From: a virus | Lineage: Duplodnaviria > Caudoviricetes | IMG/VR virus record: IMGVR_UViG_3300043436_004623 | Span: 1 to 64,000 of that record | Strand: one strand, 5' to 3' | Length of the DNA: 64,000 bases | In this document: positions 57,749 through 64,000 of the stretch, piece by piece | How the letters are laid out: each line of letters begins with the position of its first letter | Numbering within the stretch: the first letter of the stretch is position 1 | Notes under the pieces: generated by a model | Told to the model about the DNA's origin: nothing | The model's input: the letters and a program-made list of their open reading frames with translations, nothing else | Databases searched by the model: none | Position numbers and translations under genes: made by a program

Positions 57749-58207
57749 ATGCCAAGCTTAATTAATTTATCTAGACAAAATAAAGTGATCTCAGCCCTTG
57801 CTGATTTACATGATACATTTTCTAGAGAAATAACAGTATATAAGAATGCTAAAAAAATAGCTATATCCAGTTCTCCACAATATAATTCAATTTATGGAAA
57901 TGCTGGAGCCGCCACAAGTATAGACTATGAAACAGTATCCTCTACATTTATGGCAAGAATTTATTATTTAAAATCAGAAGAAGAATATTTTGCAGACAGT
58001 AGTAGCAACAAAGGCTCTCAAAATAAAATTATAATGCCACAAGGTTCTGTTAAAATTGTTGTAGATCCAGAAGGCTACCAGTACATTAAAGAAGCTAGAA
58101 AAGTAGAATTTGATGGCATAACTTTTTCAATTAGAAGCGATGGTAATCCAATGGGATTGTTTTCAAACCAATATTATGAATTCTTTTTAACACCAATTGA
58201 TGAATAA
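57749..58207 (+). CDS. Putative head-closure / neck protein
   Basis: Beta-rich C-terminus (ARKVEFDGITFSI); located in the neck cluster; GTGTAA 8 nt upstream. Confidence 0.55.
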   Translation: MPSLINLSRQNKVISALADLHDTFSREITVYKNAKKIAISSSPQYNSIYGNAGAATSIDYETVSSTFMARIYYLKSEEEYFADSSSNKGSQNKIIMPQGSVKIVVDPEGYQYIKEARKVEFDGITFSIRSDGNPMGLFSNQYYEFFLTPIDE

Positions 58208-58791
58208 TGGCTAGGCGACTTCCAGCAGATGTCCAAAAAATAATTGATTCTCAATCTCCAAAATTATTGAGAAAAGATTTTAATGATATAGTTCAAGATA
58301 GATTTAATAAAATTAAAAACGAATTAATTCAAGAATTTTTAAACCATCCAGTTACGCAAGAGATTAAAGCTGGACCAAATGCAACCAACATTAGTGGTGC
58401 TTTAAATGGAAAAGGTAACTTATTTTCATTTATTGGTTTTTATGAAGGAGACGATCCAATACAAGATATTTTAAATATATTAGAATCTATAGAAGTAAGA
58501 TTTATCAAAGATATTCAATCTGGAAATCAATTTTCTATTAATTTCCCCGAACCAAAAGACATATTTTCTGTTACACCGATGCCTTGGGCATCTGGAAGAA
58601 GTTGGGCTAGAGGGATAGAATCTGGAATATCTGGCCTTGGCTTTTATATGTTTAAAAAAAGTTCTCAAAGTAGATCGGGCGAAGCTATCCAAACAAGTGT
58701 AAGTATCAATAGCGTTAGATTTAAAAATACCGCTTATATATCTTCATTACTAGCAAAATATAAAAAACAATTTCTACTTTTAAATGATTGA
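58207..58791 (+). CDS. Putative neck / tail-completion protein
   Basis: Position between the closure-like and terminator-like genes; motifs GNLFSFIGF and PWASGRSW. Confidence 0.5.
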   Translation: MARRLPADVQKIIDSQSPKLLRKDFNDIVQDRFNKIKNELIQEFLNHPVTQEIKAGPNATNISGALNGKGNLFSFIGFYEGDDPIQDILNILESIEVRFIKDIQSGNQFSINFPEPKDIFSVTPMPWASGRSWARGIESGISGLGFYMFKKSSQSRSGEAIQTSVSINSVRFKNTAYISSLLAKYKKQFLLLND

Positions 58792-59632
58792 ACAATTCCA
58801 ACATAGGGCAACTACTTCATTTTTTCTTTGGTTTGATAACTACTTACTAAAGAAAGGGCAAGCATATTCCAATCAAACTGGCAAATTCTATTATTATTCG
58901 GATGATCGCCTTGATAGCAGATATAAAGCTTTTGGAAGCCCATATAAACAATGGGTTACTGATAGTTCAATTGTTGGCGCTAATGTTCCAAGTGGAGTTT
59001 GGATTAATAATACATTCACTTCTCGTAGTAATAACTTGATGCTTGATTTTGAAAATGGTAGAGCTTTAGTTAGTGGAGTAGCTAATACCGCCAATATAAC
59101 TGGTAGTTTTGCAGTAAAAGATTTTAACATATACTTTACCAATGAAGGCGAAGAGGATCTTTTGGTTGACAAAAAATATAACTCAAATCCAAGAATCTTT
59201 AGTTCTGCTCAAAATTATGTTCAGCCTTATGATCAAGTAGTTCCAGCTATATTCTTATCTAGCGAATCTATAAACAATCAGCCATTTGCTTTTGGCGGGG
59301 AAGATACTACTAAAATATCTATGAAGGCCGTTGTTATGGCTGAAAATGCATATCAATTAGATGGAGCATTATCAATTTTTGCAGATTCACAAAATGAAGT
59401 AATCACAAACATTCCCTTTACTGGACATCCATTAAATGAATATGGAGATCTTAAAAATGGATCATATTCATATGAAACATTAAAAGTTCAAAATCAAAAT
59501 AATCAACTATTCTTTATTGATGAAGTTATTACATCTAAACTTACAGATAAAGCTCGCAAAAGTTTAGCTAATGATTTATATGTTGGATTTATTGATTTTG
59601 AAATACATCAGCAAAGATATCCAAGAGCTTAA
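58784..59632 (+). CDS. Putative tail terminator / completion protein
   Basis: Directly upstream of the tube gene; VPAIFL...PFAFGG...VGFIDFEI. Confidence 0.5.
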   Translation: MIEQFQHRATTSFFLWFDNYLLKKGQAYSNQTGKFYYYSDDRLDSRYKAFGSPYKQWVTDSSIVGANVPSGVWINNTFTSRSNNLMLDFENGRALVSGVANTANITGSFAVKDFNIYFTNEGEEDLLVDKKYNSNPRIFSSAQNYVQPYDQVVPAIFLSSESINNQPFAFGGEDTTKISMKAVVMAENAYQLDGALSIFADSQNEVITNIPFTGHPLNEYGDLKNGSYSYETLKVQNQNNQLFFIDEVITSKLTDKARKSLANDLYVGFIDFEIHQQRYPRA

Positions 59633-59684
59633 AAATAATTTCTCATTTTAAAGATTAAAATGTAAAACTAATAAACTAAATATT

Positions 59685-60848
59685 ATGCCTAGAAACAGAG
59701 TAATTTATCAATCGGAAGCGCTTTATGTTAGTAGTGGAGCCAACTCAACAACAAGTGGTCATCACTATCAATTAGATAGAGTGCAAAGTGCAAACTACAA
59801 CTTCAATATCGCTCGTCAAGATATTAATCAATTCGGAGAATTAGCTCGTATTGACTCAATCGCTCTTGAATCACCAACAGTTTCACTTGATTTTTCATAC
59901 TATTTAACAGATGGAGCTAATGAAGCAGCTCTTGGATTTTATGTTCCAACTGGAGCTTCACAAACTCAAAGTCAGTTTCCATCTGGTCAATTAGTTGATG
60001 GAAACAGCGGTCAAAACTTTTATATCGTAACAACTTCAGAAGGTTTTGATTTAAATGCTGAAACTGGACTTGCTGGAAGTGTTGCTAATGCTCTTTCTGG
60101 TAAGTCTGCAATTGGTATTGGTAATGCTTATCTTACTGACTATACTGTTGATTTGTCAGTTGGAAACATTCCTACTGTTTCAGTTTCATTTGAAGGTAGT
60201 AATATGAATGCATTCACCTTTACTTCTGGAAATAGCGGTCAATCTGCAGGAATCAATCTAGCTAGTGGAACAAAACTCGATAATCGAATTCAACTTGCAC
60301 AACCAAATAGTCAAACTGGTTCTACAATTGTCAGCGCATTACGCCCAGGAGATGTAACTATATCATTTGGTAATTTTACTGGAGCAACTGGTATTGGTGG
60401 TTTTGCAGAATTAAGTCAGGCGAATGCCAGTGGTATTCATATACAAAGTGCAAGCCTTTCACTTCCTCTTGGACGTACTCCAATTGAAAGACTTGGTTCT
60501 AGATATGCATTTGCTCGTACTGTTGATTTCCCAATTAACGCTACTCTTAGTGTTAATGGTGTTCAAAATGACCTTAGTAGTGGAAGTCTTATTGATTTAA
60601 TCAATAATAATCCTAAAGGCGACATTACAATCACTATTAATAAACCTACTACAATAGGATCAACAAGTGTACCTGCTGTAAGATATATAATGAAAAATTC
60701 TCAACTTGATTCAGTTGGTTATTCAAGTTCGATTGGAGCAAATAAAACAATTGATTTAACATTCACCACTCAAATTGGTGGCGCTAATGATACAGTTAAT
60801 GGTATTCAAATGAGTGGTAGCTATAGTGGAACGACAGTCTATAGTTAA
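59685..60848 (+). CDS. Major tail tube protein
   Basis: 387 aa, beta-rich and S/T/G-rich, with highly expressed-type codon usage; followed by a strong terminator. Confidence 0.72.
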   Translation: MPRNRVIYQSEALYVSSGANSTTSGHHYQLDRVQSANYNFNIARQDINQFGELARIDSIALESPTVSLDFSYYLTDGANEAALGFYVPTGASQTQSQFPSGQLVDGNSGQNFYIVTTSEGFDLNAETGLAGSVANALSGKSAIGIGNAYLTDYTVDLSVGNIPTVSVSFEGSNMNAFTFTSGNSGQSAGINLASGTKLDNRIQLAQPNSQTGSTIVSALRPGDVTISFGNFTGATGIGGFAELSQANASGIHIQSASLSLPLGRTPIERLGSRYAFARTVDFPINATLSVNGVQNDLSSGSLIDLINNNPKGDITITINKPTTIGSTSVPAVRYIMKNSQLDSVGYSSSIGANKTIDLTFTTQIGGANDTVNGIQMSGSYSGTTVYS

Positions 60849-60877
60849 TATTAACTTAAACCAAAAACCAAATAAAT

Positions 60878-60908
60878 AAAAAGAGGCTGAGAAATCAGCC
60901 TCTTTTTT
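60878..60908. terminator. Bidirectional rho-independent terminator
   Basis: AAAAAGAGGCTGA, loop GAAA, TCAGCCTCTTTTT; lies between convergent genes. Confidence 0.88.
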
Positions 60909-60932
60909 TATATATAAATTTAAATAAAAAAA

Positions 60933-61394
60933 TCAATAATAAATATCTAAGTTAGTTTCAATACCGCCCAACTGTAAAGGCTGCGATTGATATATATTAT
61001 ATTTAGCCACAAGTTGGTTTAAACGCAACTCTGAATCGTCAGCCATACTCTTGTAGACCTTCGCCACTTCATTCTTATTAGTGAATGTCACGGCGCTATT
61101 GCCATCTCTAAGGCTTAATATATCACCTCCACCGCCGTTAGACTCGACTAACCCTCTTAATGCATTTCTAGACTGCTTTCTGTAGTAACTAGCCAAATAT
61201 AACTCCTTATAGATAGCTTGCGACTCTAGATCAAGTTCAGCATTTGAACCATTATAAGAAGTATTTAATAAAGTATTTAACTGTCCAAGGTTAGCATCTA
61301 ACCATCCTGAAATATGAGAGCGTGGCATGATGCCAGTATCACTATCAAATTCTGTCTGAAATATTTTTAAAGATAAATCCGCAATTACACTCAT
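60933..61394 (-). CDS. Putative head-tail adaptor
   Basis: Helical, 153 aa, with SLRDGNSAVTFTNK; downstream of the capsid genes; GTGTAA 8 nt upstream. Confidence 0.55.
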   Translation of the reverse strand: MSVIADLSLKIFQTEFDSDTGIMPRSHISGWLDANLGQLNTLLNTSYNGSNAELDLESQAIYKELYLASYYRKQSRNALRGLVESNGGGGDILSLRDGNSAVTFTNKNEVAKVYKSMADDSELRLNQLVAKYNIYQSQPLQLGGIETNLDIYY

Positions 61395-61408
61395 ACTATA
61401 TATTACAC

Positions 61409-61861
61409 TTAAATATCATTAAGTATTTTAAGTAATTGTTTATGTTTTGGATTATTTGGATCAATTTTAAAGCTCTCCATCATAGTGGGCATAATATTTC
61501 TACGACTATTGCGCGTCGAGGCTTTAAATTCTTTTATAAGAATATTCTTTAATGTCACTTGGTCATGAAATGGATTAAGACCAACTTTCTGAGCAACTTT
61601 TTGCATCTCAGATAGAGACATTTGCTTTAAATTCTCTTCAAAAACCTCTAATTCATTTGTTCCAAATGGACTGATTTCAGATACGCCAAGTAAAACTTCA
61701 AGTTCTCTCATTTTAGTAACAAATTCTGGAGTTCCTACTTGACCAGAAGCTCTCATTTCATCAATTTCCTGCACTAAGGTTTTCTTTTGTGTTGAACCAA
61801 TAGCAACATTATTAACTTGCTCTAAACCATTAGTAATTTCAATTTTCTTTTTTCTAGCCAT
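61409..61861 (-). CDS. Hypothetical protein, 150 aa
   Basis: Fits gene packing; contains a short HeH / Rho-N-like helical segment (LSEMQKVAQKVGL). Confidence 0.7.
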   Translation of the reverse strand: MARKKKIEITNGLEQVNNVAIGSTQKKTLVQEIDEMRASGQVGTPEFVTKMRELEVLLGVSEISPFGTNELEVFEENLKQMSLSEMQKVAQKVGLNPFHDQVTLKNILIKEFKASTRNSRRNIMPTMMESFKIDPNNPKHKQLLKILNDI

Positions 61862-61895
61862 ATTATATTATACTTATAATAACTGAAATTTAAAC

Positions 61896-61930
61896 AAAAA
61901 AAAAGAGCCACCCCTTTCGGGGTGACTCTT
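61896..61930 (-). terminator. Rho-independent terminator after the major capsid gene
   Basis: On the minus strand: AAGAGTCACCCC, loop GAAA, GGGGTGGCTCTT, then a T tract. Confidence 0.9.
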
Positions 61931-61946
61931 AAATTTATAGATCGAA

Positions 61947-63068
61947 TTAGGCGAGGCCAGAAACAATCTTACCAACGAGGGCGCGATTGTCAAGAACCAT
62001 ACGTCCTTCTTCAAGTGAACCAAAGTAACCGATCTTGTTCTGACGGATGCTGTACTGATCATCAGCTGTGAGGCTGAATTCAGAACCATTCTCAGAATCA
62101 ACGGCAACTGCACGGATAAGTGACTCGCGTCCACGATCAAGACCAATGATGATTTCTTCATTAGCGCCATTGAATGCGCCAGGATTACCACCAGCGGCGG
62201 TTGTATAGCTTTGTGAAGAAACGTTATCAAAGATTGTGTTGAAACGCTGACCACGGCCAAGCTCATTGATTTCCATGATAGCAACTCCATAAAACTCAGG
62301 GATACCTGCGTTGTTATAAACAGCTGTTCTCATTTCGTCGGTAGCTGGGATATCAGTCTTTGTTCCAACGGTGTTGATTGGGTTATAAGCCATTGCACGA
62401 AGCTCTTGAACAACTTCTGGAGAAACAATGAGGTCAGTGATACCACGTCCACCACGTGCTTCTGGAGTTCCTTTGAGCCATGAGGTGTTGATTCTCTTGG
62501 AAAGGGTGAAGAGTTCGTTAAGGTCAGCAAGAAGGAAACGGCCATTTGTATTGGCGCGTTGTACGTGTTGCTTACCATTTGTTTGAGCAGCGGCAAGTGC
62601 GCTGAGGATAAGGTTAGCAGAAGTCTTCTCTTGCTTAAGAAGGATTTCTTGAGCCATACGAGTAAAGGTCTTGCTAACTACATCCATGCGGCTCTTAGCA
62701 GCATAACGCTTATCAAAGCTAAGTGCTGAGTCAAGGCTATATGTAGCAATCTTCATTTCAGAAACAGTTGGAAGAACTTGGTTCTGTGGAAGACCACCAG
62801 CTACGCTTTGGCTGTAAACGGTGATATAATCTTCAGCTGTGATGTCATAATAGAGATCAAGCGGAATACTTGGATTGTCATCAGCATTAAACTGAAGACT
62901 CGTGAATAAGTTACTAAGGGTTGGAGCGTTGTTGATGACTTCAGCCAATACTGGTCCGATGAATTCAGCAAGCGCAACCTGAGCTTCAACTGCAACCGCA
63001 CGGTTCTTTGAAGCCATAGCCTTAATTAACTCAACTTGTTCTGGAGTTCTTTTTAAAGTAATTTTCAT
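61947..63068 (-). CDS. Major capsid protein (HK97-fold expected)
   Basis: 373 aa with strongly biased codon usage; follows the decoration and scaffold-like genes and has a strong terminator. Confidence 0.78.
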   Translation of the reverse strand: MKITLKRTPEQVELIKAMASKNRAVAVEAQVALAEFIGPVLAEVINNAPTLSNLFTSLQFNADDNPSIPLDLYYDITAEDYITVYSQSVAGGLPQNQVLPTVSEMKIATYSLDSALSFDKRYAAKSRMDVVSKTFTRMAQEILLKQEKTSANLILSALAAAQTNGKQHVQRANTNGRFLLADLNELFTLSKRINTSWLKGTPEARGGRGITDLIVSPEVVQELRAMAYNPINTVGTKTDIPATDEMRTAVYNNAGIPEFYGVAIMEINELGRGQRFNTIFDNVSSQSYTTAAGGNPGAFNGANEEIIIGLDRGRESLIRAVAVDSENGSEFSLTADDQYSIRQNKIGYFGSLEEGRMVLDNRALVGKIVSGLA

Positions 63069-63095
63069 ATTTTTTTCTGTTATTAAGGGGTTAAA

Positions 63096-63731
63096 TTATA
63101 AGCCAAGACCAATGATTGCATAGCTTCCTGTTGATCCAGCAGCACCTGCGAATTGATCGATTGCTGTAGATGCAACACGTGAGCCAGTAGCGATAACGAG
63201 TCCAACTCTTGATGCGTCTACAACTGAACAACCTGTGAGTTTACCACTTGTTGTGGAAAGTCTTACGCCACTGCCAACTGCGAGTGCGCCATCATAAGCT
63301 GTACTTGTTAAAGTGAATACTCCGCGAGTAGCAACTGGAACGGCTTGCCCTGGAAGTACGCACATAAGCTCTTCAGCTTTTTGTGGGTAATAGAGAAGCT
63401 TTTCTCCGTTTTCATCGAATCTTGCGGTTTGACGAAGTGTCATGCCAAAGCAAGCTGTGCCTGAAACGGCTGGCCTGACTGTAAGGCTGACTCTTGGATA
63501 TTGATTAACTCCAACGAATGGATAATTGGTGTTACCAAGATAGGAACTGTATGTGCTATCATAAGTAATTGCATCAAGATTAAGATTGCCAACGTCTGTT
63601 GTTACAAAAACGCCAGCATCTCCGAAACTTGAACCAGTTACGTTTTCATTAACAAAAGTATCGCTAAGAGCGAACATGTTAATGACATCGTTTTCGTCGT
63701 ATTGTCTGAATGGTAATGTTCTAAGTGCCAT
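63096..63731 (-). CDS. Capsid decoration / cement protein
   Basis: 211 aa, beta-rich (PGQAVPVATRGVFTL), immediately upstream of the major capsid gene. Confidence 0.65.
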   Translation of the reverse strand: MALRTLPFRQYDENDVINMFALSDTFVNENVTGSSFGDAGVFVTTDVGNLNLDAITYDSTYSSYLGNTNYPFVGVNQYPRVSLTVRPAVSGTACFGMTLRQTARFDENGEKLLYYPQKAEELMCVLPGQAVPVATRGVFTLTSTAYDGALAVGSGVRLSTTSGKLTGCSVVDASRVGLVIATGSRVASTAIDQFAGAAGSTGSYAIIGLGL

Positions 63732-63762
63732 ATATTTTTTTCTTTGTTAGATTGTTTTTTTA

Positions 63763-64000
63763 TTAGGAAATGATGATATTTTCACGATTGAAAGCTGCTG
63801 CAAACTTATCACGCAAAGAAGCAGGTTGGCGCGAAGACTCTTCATTTGAACTGGAAATACCAGCTTCTGAAACTTCTGAGTTTTCGATAGCCTCTTTGAT
63901 TACTTCTTCTTCTGATTCAGGTTCTACAGAAGCTTTTGATTCTTGCATTTTAGCAAGCTTCTTAGCAACTTCTTCATCAATCTTATCTTGGATTGATTTT
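63763..64000 (-). CDS. 3' end of a scaffold / prohead-core-like protein (runs off the window)
   Basis: The frame stays open to the window edge (..IQDKIDEEVAKKLAKMQESKASVE..RENIIIS*); acidic coiled coil upstream of the capsid genes. Confidence 0.6.
   Translation of the reverse strand, partial: KSIQDKIDEEVAKKLAKMQESKASVEPESEEEVIKEAIENSEVSEAGISSSNEESSRQPASLRDKFAAAFNRENIIIS

Noticed and set aside
2668-63001. Short antisense or alternate-frame ORFs in the track (e.g. 2668-2907, 5068-5355, 12950-13249, 49948-50274, 61874-62290)
   Set aside because: They overlap well-supported genes on the opposite strand or in another frame and lack recognisable motifs or expression signals.
1-64000. Stop-codon reassignment
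   Set aside because: Genes are full length and densely packed under the standard code. The only in-frame stops in homologous sequence are in the pseudogene near 2545.
1-64000. tRNA or rRNA genes
   Set aside because: No cloverleaf with T-loop and D-loop consensus was found in the few intergenic gaps.

Overview
This window is part of a large, AT-rich tailed dsDNA phage genome (Caudoviricetes) using the standard genetic code. It has no rRNA, tRNA or CRISPR array that I can support. From left to right it holds: a tail fibre gene flanked by an intact and a decayed copy of a 59-aa ORF; a minus-strand replication block (ClpA/C-like ATPase, DnaE split into separate PHP, exonuclease and core genes with a LAGLIDADG endonuclease among them, Cas4-like nuclease, primase, DnaB, RecA-like); an ~11.5-kb very AT-rich nucleotide-sugar/glycosyltransferase cluster; a class Id-like RNR; a plus-strand block (dUTPase, dNMP kinase, sigma factor, SSB, glycosyltransferase, second LAGLIDADG, HSP20); and the virion module (fibres, three tail-tube paralogs, a 2728-aa tape measure protein, neck proteins, major capsid protein). 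Four signals stand out. (1) A predicted branched-chain 3,6-dideoxysugar pathway with ~7 glycosyltransferases occurs alongside (S/T)-G-rich virion surface proteins, which suggests virion glycosylation. (2) An EPN/WND C-type lectin is inserted in a tail-tube paralog. (3) Transcription appears two-tier: near-leaderless sigma70 promoters plus a recurring GTGTAA motif. (4) The tape measure protein is built from enzyme modules bounded by G[FY]IPNF motifs. All family assignments come from motif recognition by eye; no database searches were run.
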